Positions 37,076 to 47,299 of a stretch of DNA of 53,552 nucleotides are shown one piece after another. The DNA comes from Candidatus Moraniibacteriota bacterium. GTDB lineage: Bacteria > Patescibacteriota > Minisyncoccia > Moranbacterales > UBA1568. A program made the translations under genes and the position numbers. The DNA lies in contig JACPGV010000002.1 in assembly GCA_016182385.1 (NCBI GenBank), positions 1 to 53,552 on the forward strand, given 5' to 3'. Within the stretch, counting starts at the first letter, position 1. Each line of letters begins with the position of its first letter. The notes beneath the pieces were generated by a model. That model was not told the DNA's origin and did no database searches. It was given only the letters and a program-made list of their open reading frames with translations.

Positions 37076-37666
37076 ATGAATGAAAAAAATCAATACCTTG
37101 TTCCCATGGTCGTGGAAAAAACAAGTTTTGGCGAGCGAGCGTATGATATTTACTCTCGTTTGTTGAAAGACAGAATTATTTTTATCGGTTCGCCGATTGA
37201 TGACGCGGTCGCCAATACGGTAATCGCAGAATTATTGTTTCTTGAATCGCAAAATACAAAAGAGGATATTAAAATGTATATCAATTCTCCCGGTGGAGCG
37301 GTAACGGCGGCTCTCGCTATTTATGACACGATGCAGTATGTTAAGCCGGAAGTGCAGACGATTTGTGTCGGTATGGCGGCATCGGCAGCGGCTCTTCTTT
37401 TGTCTGCTGGACGTAAAGGGAAAAGGATGATTCTTCCTAACGGCGAGGTGATGATTCATCAAGTGCTCGGCGGCGCTTCAGGACAAGCGACTGATGTCGA
37501 TATCCATGCCCGACATATTTTGAAGACGCGTGATCGTCTGAATAAGATTCTGGCCAAACATACCGGTCAAAAACTTACAAAGATTGAAAAGGATACGGAA
37601 AGGGATTATTTTATGAGTGCGGAAGAAGCTCTTAGGTACGGTATTGTTGATAGGGTAATAGCGTAG
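37076..37666 (+). CDS. clpP: ATP-dependent Clp protease proteolytic subunit
   Basis: DIYSRLL, YINSPGG, GMAASAA, MIHQ. Confidence 0.95.
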   Translation: MNEKNQYLVPMVVEKTSFGERAYDIYSRLLKDRIIFIGSPIDDAVANTVIAELLFLESQNTKEDIKMYINSPGGAVTAALAIYDTMQYVKPEVQTICVGMAASAAALLLSAGRKGKRMILPNGEVMIHQVLGGASGQATDVDIHARHILKTRDRLNKILAKHTGQKLTKIEKDTERDYFMSAEEALRYGIVDRVIA

Positions 37667-37680
37667 TTTTTATAGGAGAA

Positions 37681-37710
37681 AAAGCACCTGGCGGGCCGGG
37701 TGTTTTTTTT
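37681..37710 (+). terminator. Intrinsic terminator after tig-clpP
   Basis: GCACCTGGC/GCCGGGTGT stem plus T run. Confidence 0.7.
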
Positions 37711-37771
37711 GTAAGGAAAACTCGTTTGTAGAATTCGAAAAAAGAGGTATAATGAAAAAAAATCTTCTTCT

Positions 37772-38020
37772 ATGAATAAAGAGATTCTTTCAAGGTTTTG
37801 CGGAAGAATAAAAAATCTTTTTTCGGCTCTTGAGTTTCGGCTTTTTATTTTTTTTCTTGCCCTTTTAGTGTTAAGTGGTCCGTTCATGGTTCCTTCGGCG
37901 GAACGGACACTCCACTTTCCTTTTGTGTATTATTTTTCCGTTTGGTGTGTTCTCATAGGTATTATCTTTGGAATCAATATTTGCAAAGAAGAGTCGGATG
38001 ATGATGATCCAAAAAAGTAA
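37772..38020 (+). CDS. Small two-TM membrane protein upstream of the solute symporter
   Basis: 82 aa, two hydrophobic segments, 9 bp from the next gene. Confidence 0.55.
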   Translation: MNKEILSRFCGRIKNLFSALEFRLFIFFLALLVLSGPFMVPSAERTLHFPFVYYFSVWCVLIGIIFGINICKEESDDDDPKK

Positions 38021-38029
38021 TTATATCCT

Positions 38030-40189
38030 ATGATTGATTCTTCCATCATTATTATCGTAACCGCCCTTTATTTGTTGGTTCTTTTTGCGGTCGCGTTTTT
38101 TTTCGAAAGAAAACATGCCCAGGGAAAGAACTATACTGACAATGCCTTTATTTATGTGTTGGCCTTGGCTATTTATTGTACGACGTGGACGTATTATGGC
38201 AATGTTGGTCTGGCAACTTCCAATGGGTATCTTTTTTTGGGGGTATATTTGGGACCAACACTCTTTTTTATCTTTTGGGCGCATATTATCAAGCGCATTT
38301 TGCGTTTGAAACGGGAATACAATATTACGAGTCTTGCCGAACTCATTTCCATTCGTTATGGGAAATCTGCAGGAGTGGCGGCACTCGTAACGATTATCGC
38401 GGTTATAGGCATTGTCCCGTATCTTGCCCTTCAGATTAAGGCAATCTCTTCCTCATTCGCCTATTTGACGACTGGGAGCGGTGTGGGACGTGTGGATACT
38501 TCCTTAGGAATCATTCTTTTGTCCGTTATCATTTTGTTTACTATTGTTTTCGGATTTCGAAAACTTGATCAAACAGAGCGTCACCCCGGGGTTATTATGG
38601 CCATCGCCGTTCAATCGGTAGTGAAACTTCTTGCCTTTCTCGTGGTAGGGGCTTTTATCGTGTACTTTGTTTATGATGGCTTTGGCGATATTTTTTCTCG
38701 TGTAAGCCAAAGCGGTTCATTTTTTTCTCAACAAAAAGCCAACGCTCCATCGTACTCGCTCTTTTTGGCGCACATTCTTCTGTCTATGTCAGCTATTATT
38801 TTTCTCCCGCGCCAATTTCAGGTGACCGTTATAGAAAACGTGAGGGAAAAGCATTTGGATATTGCTTCGTGGCTTTTGCCTATTTATTTTGCGTTAATTC
38901 TTCTTTTCGTTTTTCCACTTGCTATGGCGGCTATGTTGCAGGGATACGACATAAAGGCGGCTGATCTTTTTATGCTTATGCTCGCCAATGAAGAAGGCGG
39001 GCAATGGCTTGCTATCCTCGTCTTTATCGGAGGGGTTTCCGCTGCCTTGGGAATGATTACCTTTGAAACGATCGCTCTTACGACAATGACGTCGAATCAT
39101 CTCCTCCTTCCGTTTTTGGAAAGAGTCAAAATATTCGGATTTCTTCGACAGCATTTACTTTCGTTGCGGTGGATGATTGTGACGATCATTTTATTTGTAG
39201 CTTTTATTTTTGAGCGAGCCATCGGTTCTTCCTATCTCTTGGTAAAAATAGGCATGATTTCTTTCGCGGCGGTTTTTCAATTTGTCCCATCCGTTATTGG
39301 GGGTATCTATTGGAAAAAAGGATCGCGGGCGGGAGCGCTTCTTGGTATGACTGGCGGATTTCTTGTTTGGTTATATATGTCGGTATTGCCGGCGTTTGTG
39401 AAAAGCGGTTGGTTGTCTGGAACAATCCTTACTGATGGACCCTTTGGAGTGCGTTTTCTCCGTCCGGAACATTTGTTCAATATTACCGCTCTTGATCCGT
39501 TGGCGATGGTGGTCTTGTTCTCATTTGGTGTAAACGCGAGTCTGTACGTGATTGGCTCTCTTCTTTTTCCGCAAAATAAAAATGAGGATGATGCCACGGA
39601 GGAATTGGTGCGTATTATGGAAAAACGACAAGCCGCGTATGTTCCCGCCATTTCGCAAGAGGCAAACATTGGCGTTGCTGAAAAAAAAGAGATTCTCACA
39701 AATATTTTTGGAAGATACCTTGATAGAGATGAGGCCAAGCGACTCTCCCAGTCATGTTTTGAGAAGAGCGGATTGGAAGAAAAGGAGATAATGTTCGTGC
39801 ATGAACTGGTGACGCTCCGTGGAACGGCGGAAAAAATACTGGCCACGTATATTGGGACGCCCGCGGCCAATGAGGCGCTCAAAACAGGGGGGCTCTTTAC
39901 GGAAGAAGATACCAAAAATCTTTCGTCTGTGTATGTTCAAATGGCCGAACGGCTCAAGTTGACACCGGAAGAATTCAGTCAGAAAATAGATTATTATACG
40001 GAAAAAGAAAAACTTTTTTCGGAACAAAAGGAAGAGCTTGAGAAAAAAGTAAGGGAACGAACAAAAAAGATGGAAGAGGCAAATATTGAATTGAAAAAAA
40101 TCAACGATGTGGCGATTGGGAGGGAACTTAAAATGATTGAGCTGAAAAAGAAAATACATGAACTTGAAGAAAAAACCTCTCTTTCGTAG
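38030..40189 (+). CDS. SLC5/SSS-family membrane protein of the CbrA/CrbS sensor type, without a kinase domain
   Basis: YCTTWTYYG, PYLALQIKA, LPRQFQV, then helical STAC-like region and coiled coil ending GRELKMIELK. Confidence 0.75.
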   Translation: MIDSSIIIIVTALYLLVLFAVAFFFERKHAQGKNYTDNAFIYVLALAIYCTTWTYYGNVGLATSNGYLFLGVYLGPTLFFIFWAHIIKRILRLKREYNITSLAELISIRYGKSAGVAALVTIIAVIGIVPYLALQIKAISSSFAYLTTGSGVGRVDTSLGIILLSVIILFTIVFGFRKLDQTERHPGVIMAIAVQSVVKLLAFLVVGAFIVYFVYDGFGDIFSRVSQSGSFFSQQKANAPSYSLFLAHILLSMSAIIFLPRQFQVTVIENVREKHLDIASWLLPIYFALILLFVFPLAMAAMLQGYDIKAADLFMLMLANEEGGQWLAILVFIGGVSAALGMITFETIALTTMTSNHLLLPFLERVKIFGFLRQHLLSLRWMIVTIILFVAFIFERAIGSSYLLVKIGMISFAAVFQFVPSVIGGIYWKKGSRAGALLGMTGGFLVWLYMSVLPAFVKSGWLSGTILTDGPFGVRFLRPEHLFNITALDPLAMVVLFSFGVNASLYVIGSLLFPQNKNEDDATEELVRIMEKRQAAYVPAISQEANIGVAEKKEILTNIFGRYLDRDEAKRLSQSCFEKSGLEEKEIMFVHELVTLRGTAEKILATYIGTPAANEALKTGGLFTEEDTKNLSSVYVQMAERLKLTPEEFSQKIDYYTEKEKLFSEQKEELEKKVRERTKKMEEANIELKKINDVAIGRELKMIELKKKIHELEEKTSLS

Positions 40190-40270
40190 GGAGAGGGATT
40201 TTTTGCAGACGAAGCATTAAGAGATGAGCGTGGGAGTGCGGGATGGTGCTCGTTGAGTGATAAAAAGTTT

Positions 40271-41836
40271 TTATTGAAGGGCGGAAAGAAGACTTGTGCC
40301 ATTCATCTCTTCCGGTTTTTCTAGCTCCATAAGCTGAAGAACAGTGGGAGCAACATCGGAAAGAAGACCGTTGACTTCGTTTTGTTCCCGCATCATTCGT
40401 TCAGCGCTTTTTTCACGGTGATTGTTTGGCGTGATATACCAAAGAGGAATTGGATTGGTGGAATGTTCCGTATCTATTTCTCCGGTCACCACTTTTTTCA
40501 ACTCTTCCACGTTGCCATGATCGGCGGTGATAACGATAGCCCCGCCAACCTTAAGAATGGCAGGAATAAGAATAGAGAGGCTTTTATCGGTGGCTTCGAC
40601 TGCTTTGATGGAAGCTTCTTCATTACCGGTATGGGCTACCATATCCGGATTGGCATAATTGACAAGAATGAAGTCGTATTCATTTTTTTCCAGGATACCA
40701 AGGAGCGTTTCAGTAATTTGAGGCGAACTCATTTCGGGGATCTCATCAAAGTGAGCAACAGTAGGCGAGGGGATGAGGAGGCGGTCTTCTCCAGGAAAGG
40801 CTTTTTCTTTGCCACCGTTAAAAAAATATGTGACATGGGCGTATTTTTCCGTTTCGGCAATGCGGAGTTGTTTTTTACCGGCAGTACTGAGAATTTCACC
40901 GAGACTGTTGTGAATATCCTCTGGAGGGAAGGCAACATTAAGTGGGAGCCCGCGCTCGTACTCGGTAAGGGTGGTGAAATGGATGTCAAGGAGAGATCGT
41001 TCAAACCCATCAAATTCTGGAACGACAAAGGCCTTGGCTAATTCGCGAGCGCGATCTTCTCGAAAATTGAAAAAAATAACCGAATCTTTATCTTGGATAA
41101 GTGCTACGGGAGAGCCCTTTTCAGTGATTATGGTTGGTTCAATGTATTCATCCGTTACTCCTTTGGTGTAGGATCGTTCGAGGGTTATAAGCGGATCCTC
41201 GGTTGTTTCCCCAGCACCTTCCGTCAGAAGACGGTAGGTTTTTTCTATGCGATCCCAATTGTTGTTGCGATCCATGGAAAAATTACGACCGGAAAGACTG
41301 GCGATTTTTCCAATGCCAATGAGATGGGTTTCGCGAATAAGTTCTTTGATCTGTTGAATACCGGCTGTAGGAGCGGAATCTCGGCCGTCAGTAAAAATAT
41401 GTATATAGACCTCGTCTAATCCTTCATTTTTTGCCAAACGAAGAAGAGCCAGCAAGTGATCTTTGTGCGAATGTACCGATCCGGAGCTGACAAGACCCAT
41501 AACATGGAGTTTGCCACCATTTTTTTTGACAGCATTGACGGACTCAAGAAGAGTAGTGTTTTTAAAAAAACTGCCATCCTGAATGGAAAGGGAGATACGC
41601 GGCATGTTTTGATAGAGTACGCGACCGGCACCCATAGTCATATGGCCAACTTCGCTATTGCCGGCGGTATTCCATGGAAGACCAACAGAAATGCCCGATG
41701 CTTGCAGAGTCGTCATCGGATAGAAACGATTGAGTTTGTCAAAGGTAGGCAAGGTGGCTTCGCGGATGGGGTTTCCTTGAATACTATTACTTATGCCCCA
41801 ACCATCAAGAACAACAAGAACAACAGGCTTATACAT
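40271..41836 (-). CDS. gpmI: 2,3-bisphosphoglycerate-independent phosphoglycerate mutase
   Basis: LDGWG, GNSEVGH, DGRD, AETEKYAHVT, TADHGN. Confidence 0.95.
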   Translation of the reverse strand: MYKPVVLVVLDGWGISNSIQGNPIREATLPTFDKLNRFYPMTTLQASGISVGLPWNTAGNSEVGHMTMGAGRVLYQNMPRISLSIQDGSFFKNTTLLESVNAVKKNGGKLHVMGLVSSGSVHSHKDHLLALLRLAKNEGLDEVYIHIFTDGRDSAPTAGIQQIKELIRETHLIGIGKIASLSGRNFSMDRNNNWDRIEKTYRLLTEGAGETTEDPLITLERSYTKGVTDEYIEPTIITEKGSPVALIQDKDSVIFFNFREDRARELAKAFVVPEFDGFERSLLDIHFTTLTEYERGLPLNVAFPPEDIHNSLGEILSTAGKKQLRIAETEKYAHVTYFFNGGKEKAFPGEDRLLIPSPTVAHFDEIPEMSSPQITETLLGILEKNEYDFILVNYANPDMVAHTGNEEASIKAVEATDKSLSILIPAILKVGGAIVITADHGNVEELKKVVTGEIDTEHSTNPIPLWYITPNNHREKSAERMMREQNEVNGLLSDVAPTVLQLMELEKPEEMNGTSLLSALQ

Positions 41837-41887
41837 CTTTATTTTCTAGTGGGAATTACCTTTGCATGATACTCTTTTTCGTGTCTT

Positions 41888-41916
41888 TTGACAAAAGGCG
41901 ATGACAAGACTATGAT
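41888..41916 (+). promoter_or_regulatory. sigma70 promoter ~200 bp upstream of rny
   Basis: TTGACA-17 bp-TATGAT. Confidence 0.65.
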
Positions 41917-42117
41917 AGATGTGCATTCGTAAATAGTGATTTTGCTTTCGTTTTACAGTTGTGAAAGATGATGAGAAGCGCTTTATGATGAGAGATTCTT
42001 CTGACAATATCATTTTTGGAGAACATCTTTTTACCGGTCTATTGTGGTCTCGATAAAAAAGACCATTTTTTCGTCTCTTTTCTTTTCGTACTGTTTAATT
42101 GAAGGCAATATATTCTT

Positions 42118-43653
42118 ATGTTGTCTTTTAGTGTTTTTTCCGTTATTTTCGCTTTAGGTTCTCTTGCTTTGGGAATTTTCTTGGGATATTTGACCCGTCA
42201 AAATCTTGCCAAGAAACAGCTCTCTACTGCCGAAGGTCAGGCGGCAAAGATGCTTTCTGAGGCGGAGGCTCAGGCGAAAGAAGTGACCTTGGAAGCGAAA
42301 AATAAGGCTATTGAAATCTTGGAAGAGGCAAAGAAAAACGAGCAAGCCCGCGAAGAAAAGTTTTTATTACAGGAACAGCGTATTGAGAAGCGCGAACTGC
42401 AGGTAGAGAAAAATTTGCAAGAGACAGAAACGGAAAAAAAGCGTCTTTTGCAAAAAGCTGAAGAAGTGAAGTCTATTCGCGAAGAAACGGAAAAGCTCCG
42501 AGAACAAGAGCTTTCTCGTTTGGAAAAACTTTCCGAACTTTCGAAAGAAGAAGCGTCTGAACGGATGTTTCGTTTGGTGGAGGAAGAAAGTAAGGATGCT
42601 TTGGTGAAACGCATGTCAAAGCTTGAAAAGGAAGGTCAAGAGGAGCTGGAGAAGCGTTCATTGAGTATCATGGCCACCATCATTCAGAAATATTCACGCT
42701 CACACGTTTCCGAGTTTACGACGACGACGGTGGTTATTCCCTCGGACGAAGTAAAAGGAAAAATCATCGGTAAAGAAGGGCGGAATATTCGAGCGTTGGA
42801 AAAAGAAACGGGAGTGGAACTTATTGTTGATGATACGCCGGAGACGGTCATTATTTCCGGTTTTGATCCGGTACGAAGAGAGATCGCTCGCATTGCTTTG
42901 GAAAAACTGATTACTGACGGACGTATTCACCCGGCTCGTATTGAAGAGGCGGTCGAAGAAGGAAAGAAAGAGATTGACACCAAGATAAAGGAGGCTGGAG
43001 AAGCGGCGGCTTATGATGCCGGTATCGCGGGACTCCACCCCAAGCTTCTGTACATTCTTGGCCGTCTTCGTTATCGCTATAGCTATAAACAAAATGTTTT
43101 ACTCCATTCTTTGGAGGTCTCATATTTGGCAGGGGCGTTAGCGGCTGAATTGGGCGCTGATGTTTCTTGTGCCAAGAAGGCCGGACTGTTACATGATATT
43201 GGCAAAGCGGTAGATCATGAAATTGAAGGAACGCACGTAAAAATCGGTATGCGTATTTTGGAAAAGTTCGGGCTGGGTCAAAATGTCATTGATGCCATGA
43301 AGTGCCATCATGACGAGTACCCGCATCAAACAATCGAGTCGTTTATTGTGACCGCCGCCGATGCCATTTCCGCCGCTCGTCCGGGAGCACGCAAAGAGAC
43401 CGCAGAAAAATATATCAAGCGTCTTGAAGAGTTGGAGATTCTGGTTAATTCTTTTCCGGAGGTGGAAAAGTCTTACGCGATTTCTGCTGGACGAGAAGTG
43501 CGCATTTTCGTCAATCCGGAAAAAACGGATGATCTGGGCGCTATGAAATTGGCGCGCGATATTGCCAAGCGTATTGAAGAAGAATTGAAATACCCGGGAG
43601 AAATCAAGGTGAATGTTTTTCGAGAAACGAGAGCCGTAGAATACGCTCGATAG
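42118..43653 (+). CDS. rny: Ribonuclease Y
   Basis: N-terminal TM, coiled coil, KH (IIGKEGRNI), HD (LLHDIGK). Confidence 0.95.
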   Translation: MLSFSVFSVIFALGSLALGIFLGYLTRQNLAKKQLSTAEGQAAKMLSEAEAQAKEVTLEAKNKAIEILEEAKKNEQAREEKFLLQEQRIEKRELQVEKNLQETETEKKRLLQKAEEVKSIREETEKLREQELSRLEKLSELSKEEASERMFRLVEEESKDALVKRMSKLEKEGQEELEKRSLSIMATIIQKYSRSHVSEFTTTTVVIPSDEVKGKIIGKEGRNIRALEKETGVELIVDDTPETVIISGFDPVRREIARIALEKLITDGRIHPARIEEAVEEGKKEIDTKIKEAGEAAAYDAGIAGLHPKLLYILGRLRYRYSYKQNVLLHSLEVSYLAGALAAELGADVSCAKKAGLLHDIGKAVDHEIEGTHVKIGMRILEKFGLGQNVIDAMKCHHDEYPHQTIESFIVTAADAISAARPGARKETAEKYIKRLEELEILVNSFPEVEKSYAISAGREVRIFVNPEKTDDLGAMKLARDIAKRIEEELKYPGEIKVNVFRETRAVEYAR

Positions 43654-43865
43654 AGAAAAGGAGTAAAAACTGTTTTTGGTAGCATTGATTTAGTGGCTTT
43701 TATAAGCCGTATATTTAAAAAATGGCTTGGGTATTGCATAGTTTAGAGAAATGGCTTATTATAGCGGACAGGAGGTTGTAATCTGTACTTTCTTTCTTTC
43801 TTCTTTCGTTCATCGCGATAAGAAGAGAAGATGGAGGTTCTAAACTAGAAAGGCAGGTGAGAAGT

Positions 43866-44147
43866 ATGAAAAATGTAAACAAAGACACGCTCGTTCACGC
43901 GATCGTTGAAAAGACCGAACTCTCGAAGAAAGATGTTGAGGCTGTTATCGAGTGTATGGTTGATGAGATTACCGCGGAACTCCGTAAGGGGAACAAGGTA
44001 ACACTCACCGGTTTTGGTACGTTTAAAGTCTCTAATCGCGCCGCTCGTGAGGGTATTAATCCTCAAACGAAGGCTAAGATCACCATTCCGGCAATGACGG
44101 TTCCGAAATTTACCGCTGGAAAGACTTTGAAAGAGGCAGTAAAGTAG
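43866..44147 (+). CDS. hup: DNA-binding protein HU
   Basis: GFGTF, R.GINPQT, PKFTAGK.LK; promoter TTGCAT-17-TATTAT at 43734-43762. Confidence 0.93.
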   Translation: MKNVNKDTLVHAIVEKTELSKKDVEAVIECMVDEITAELRKGNKVTLTGFGTFKVSNRAAREGINPQTKAKITIPAMTVPKFTAGKTLKEAVK

Positions 44148-44197
44148 TTTTGAATGTTTGTGACGCTTTCGGCGTTTTCATCAAACAAAAAGATAGA

Positions 44198-44242
44198 GTT
44201 GTGACCCGTCTGCCACGGTTGGCGGACGGGTCGTAGCTTTTT
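44198..44242 (+). terminator. Long hairpin/terminator after hup
   Basis: ~19-bp stem AGTTGTGACCCGTCTGCCA/TGGCGGACGGGTCGTAGCT with G-U pairs, then T run. Confidence 0.65.
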
Positions 44243-44302
44243 AAGAGGAAGGTGTTTTTAAGGATTTTTTTTGAGGACATATACAGTGAGCCATAATGGT
44301 AT

Positions 44303-44373
44303 CGGGGCATAGTATAGTGGTAGTACGAGTGGTTTGGGACCATTTAGTCTCGGTTCGATTCCGAGTGCCCCGA
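44303..44373 (+). tRNA. tRNA-Pro(TGG)
   Basis: Acceptor CGGGGCA/TGCCCCG, anticodon loop TTTGGGA, GGTTCGATTCC T arm; CCA not encoded. Confidence 0.9.
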
Positions 44374-44408
44374 CAGAATATTCAGAAAAACGGCAAAAAC
44401 ATATCTCT

Positions 44409-45431
44409 ATGAAAAAAGTCGTTACTATTGGTGGAGGGACAGGAAGCTTTACTCTTCTTTCTGGTTTGAAAAAATATCCAATTGATCTTTCAGCTATCGT
44501 TTCTATGGCGGACGATGGTGGATCAACGGGTGTATTGCGTGATGAACTTGGGGTTTTGCCTCCGGGAGATGTCCGTCAGTGTTTGGTAGCGCTTTCTGAC
44601 TCTTCGGAAAAACTTCGTGAACTCATGAATTATCGCTTTACTGAAGGTGGGTTATCCGGACATAGTTTTGGCAATCTTTTTTTATCGGCTTTGGAAAAGA
44701 TAGAGGGTGGATTTACCGCTGGCGTGGCGGAAGCGGCCAAAATATTGAATGTAAAGGGCGAGGTGATACCGGTAACGGCGACAGATACCAGTCTCAAGGT
44801 AAAATTGAAAAATGGTAAAATTCTTTCCGGAGAACACGAGATTAATACCAGTCTTGCGGTAGGAAAGGTAGGGGTTGAAAAAGTATTCCTCGATCCTGTT
44901 GCCAAAGGAAATCCGCGCGCTAGAGAAAAAATTTTGGAGGCCGATCTTATTGTTATTGGTCCGGGGAATCATTATTGTAGTATTATTCCCAATTTTTTGG
45001 TGAACGGTATTGCTCAGAGTATAAAAAAATCTCAAGCCAAGGTTGTCTATAATTGCAATTTGGTGAATAAGCGCGGACATACCGATGGATACACGCTTGA
45101 GAGATACGTAAAAGAGATAGAGGACTTTATCGGTGTTGATCGGATTGATTTTGTCACCTTTAATACTCGTTTGCCCGCTAAAAAAATAATGGAGCGCTAC
45201 AATAAAGAAAATGGAGAGCTTGTTTCTTTTGAAGCGAATGAGAGACTGAGCCGTCGATATCGTGTTTTTCAGGCGGATCTTTTGAGTCGTTGTGGTGTTG
45301 AGAATCGTCCCGGTGATACGCTTGCGGCGACGCGATCATTTATTCGTCATGATGCGGAAAAGCTGGCTAAAATGCTTATGATGGTGCTCGAACTGGGAGA
45401 ATACGAGAGTATTATTAAGGATATCGTTTGA
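44409..45431 (+). CDS. YvcK/GlmR (UPF0052) family protein
   Basis: IGGGTG, DDGGSTG.LR, PPGD.R, GHSFGNL, RHD; start MKKVV at 44409. Confidence 0.9.
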   Translation: MKKVVTIGGGTGSFTLLSGLKKYPIDLSAIVSMADDGGSTGVLRDELGVLPPGDVRQCLVALSDSSEKLRELMNYRFTEGGLSGHSFGNLFLSALEKIEGGFTAGVAEAAKILNVKGEVIPVTATDTSLKVKLKNGKILSGEHEINTSLAVGKVGVEKVFLDPVAKGNPRAREKILEADLIVIGPGNHYCSIIPNFLVNGIAQSIKKSQAKVVYNCNLVNKRGHTDGYTLERYVKEIEDFIGVDRIDFVTFNTRLPAKKIMERYNKENGELVSFEANERLSRRYRVFQADLLSRCGVENRPGDTLAATRSFIRHDAEKLAKMLMMVLELGEYESIIKDIV

Positions 45432-45726
45432 CTTTTTTCATATTTAGGTGTATAATATAAGAGAGTAAAGCGTCCTTTTTTTGATCGGTAGACAAGTGTC
45501 TTTTTGTCAAAGAAGATAATTCTCTGCCGACCACACATTGATTGTTGTGGCGGTGGGTTTTGAAACAGGAGAAAGGAGGAATTTTTTAGCCCGAGCCCGT
45601 TTCTGCCCAAAGCGCCCCCAAGAAAAACACTTCTTGGGGGCTTTACATTTTTCTTGACATTTTATTTTAAAAGAGGTATTTTTTGAAAAAGTTCTTTGGT
45701 TTTTCAATCTCAGGAAGGAGCAGAAA

Positions 45727-46296
45727 ATGAGAGCCTGCACGTTTCGGGCAATGACCGGGAAGCTCTTTCAGGGCATCTCGTTCGTGGAAGTTTCCACGGC
45801 GGAAAGAGGTCGTCTTGCAAGAGGCGTCCTCTTGGGAGGAAAGGGGGGGAGTGAGAGAGTTTTGTTCGATGAATACATCCCTCCAACATTGTCGGGAGAA
45901 AGTATTTTCTCCATGGCCGGGGTTACTCGGATTATTTCTCAAGAGGGTTTTCAAAGAACCCTTATTCGTGCCTCCGAGGAGGATGGGAAAATTCTCATCT
46001 TTGTTTCTACCAGGGGTCTTGATGTCAAAGGGCGAAGCGGATTTATTCGTATCGCCGATGGACTTCCTGATTTTGTCGGGAAAGGTTTTGGGTGGTGTGG
46101 AGAGCCGAAAAACTTAAAATACGGGGTGCGTGAGATGCATCCTATAGGAAGATGGGAAGAGGCCCTGGTAGTACTTTCTTTTGGTGACGCTTTATTGGTC
46201 GCTGCGGAAGAGGGGTTCGTTTATCGAATCTCTTATGAAAGAGGGGAGGTACAAATAAAAAAAGAAAGTGAGATTCCACATCAGGTTCCCGCGTAA
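45727..46296 (+). CDS. Hypothetical (orphan) protein
   Basis: 189 aa, AAGGAG RBS, TTGACA-17-TATTTT upstream, hairpin plus T run downstream. Confidence 0.6.
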   Translation: MRACTFRAMTGKLFQGISFVEVSTAERGRLARGVLLGGKGGSERVLFDEYIPPTLSGESIFSMAGVTRIISQEGFQRTLIRASEEDGKILIFVSTRGLDVKGRSGFIRIADGLPDFVGKGFGWCGEPKNLKYGVREMHPIGRWEEALVVLSFGDALLVAAEEGFVYRISYERGEVQIKKESEIPHQVPA

Positions 46297-46400
46297 ATTT
46301 CGCCCCTATACCACAAAGATGGTACGGGGGTTTTGTTTTGGAAAAACCTTTGACAGAGGGAGAAAAAGACCATACAATAAGGAAAGATAAAAAAGAGAAT

Positions 46401-47141
46401 ATGGGCGTTTATACGGTACAATTAAAAGAAACGCATGACGTGGCCGACGGGACACGCATGTTTGTTTTTGAGAAACCAGAAGGGTATCAATTTTCCGCTG
46501 GCCAATACGTGGCTTTGACAGTGATGGTCCCTGAGGGTATGGTGGTTGATAATAAGGGTTTGTCGCGCTCTCTTTCCGTCGCTTCTGCTCCGTGTGAGAA
46601 AGATATAGCTTTTGTTATGCGTGAGGGTGAAAGCAGTTTCAAGAAAATCTGTTGGCAGATGCGTCCGGGAGATGTGGTTACCATTACCAAGGCGGTCGGT
46701 TTTTTTACTTTAGAGAAGGAGGATGTTTCACCGATTGTTTTTTTAGTGGGAGGCATTGGAATCACTCCGGTACGCAGTATTTTGAAACAGGCGGAAAGCG
46801 AACAAGACAATCGATCATTCACGCTTTTTTATGCCAATCGCTTTCTGAAAGATGCCGCTTTTCAAGAAGAGCTCCAAGAGATTTCTTTGCCACAGTTTCG
46901 TTTGGTGGCGGTGTTGAGTAAATCGCCTGATGTGTGTGCCGCAACCAATGATGAACGCGGATATATCTGTGGAGCTTTGGTACAAAAATATGTAAGTGAA
47001 ATTGCGAGTGCCTGGTATTATCTTGTTGGCTCACCACAATTTTCGGAGGCAATGGAAAAAATGCTTATTGAATTGGGTGTTCCAAAAGAGCGATGCAAGA
47101 AAGATCCGTTTACCGGTATTGTGTCGCAGTCGGCAAAGTAA
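46401..47141 (+). CDS. FAD/NAD(P)-binding oxidoreductase, FNR-like
   Basis: F.AGQY, RSLSVAS, GGIGITP, YANR. Confidence 0.88.
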   Translation: MGVYTVQLKETHDVADGTRMFVFEKPEGYQFSAGQYVALTVMVPEGMVVDNKGLSRSLSVASAPCEKDIAFVMREGESSFKKICWQMRPGDVVTITKAVGFFTLEKEDVSPIVFLVGGIGITPVRSILKQAESEQDNRSFTLFYANRFLKDAAFQEELQEISLPQFRLVAVLSKSPDVCAATNDERGYICGALVQKYVSEIASAWYYLVGSPQFSEAMEKMLIELGVPKERCKKDPFTGIVSQSAK

Positions 47142-47150
47142 TAACAAAAC

Positions 47151-47225
47151 GCGGGCGTCGTATAGTGGCTATTATATCAGCCTTCCAAGCTGAGGATGCC
47201 GGTTCGATTCCGGTCGCCCGCTCCA
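47151..47225 (+). tRNA. tRNA-Gly(TCC)
   Basis: GCGGGCG/CGCCCGC acceptor, TCAGC-CTTCCAA-GCTGA anticodon arm, T arm, encoded CCA. Confidence 0.93.
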
Positions 47226-47299
47226 AAAAAACACCCCATCTTGAAGAGGGGTTTTTAAATTCTTATTTTTTCCTGGGGGGTGTATAATGAGATATTCCT

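Noticed and set aside
44334-44408. N-terminal extension of the YvcK ORF
   Set aside because: It overlaps tRNA-Pro; the family start is MKKVV at 44409
44303-47225. tRNA-anchored genomic island or prophage
   Set aside because: No integrase and no duplicated tRNA 3' end seen
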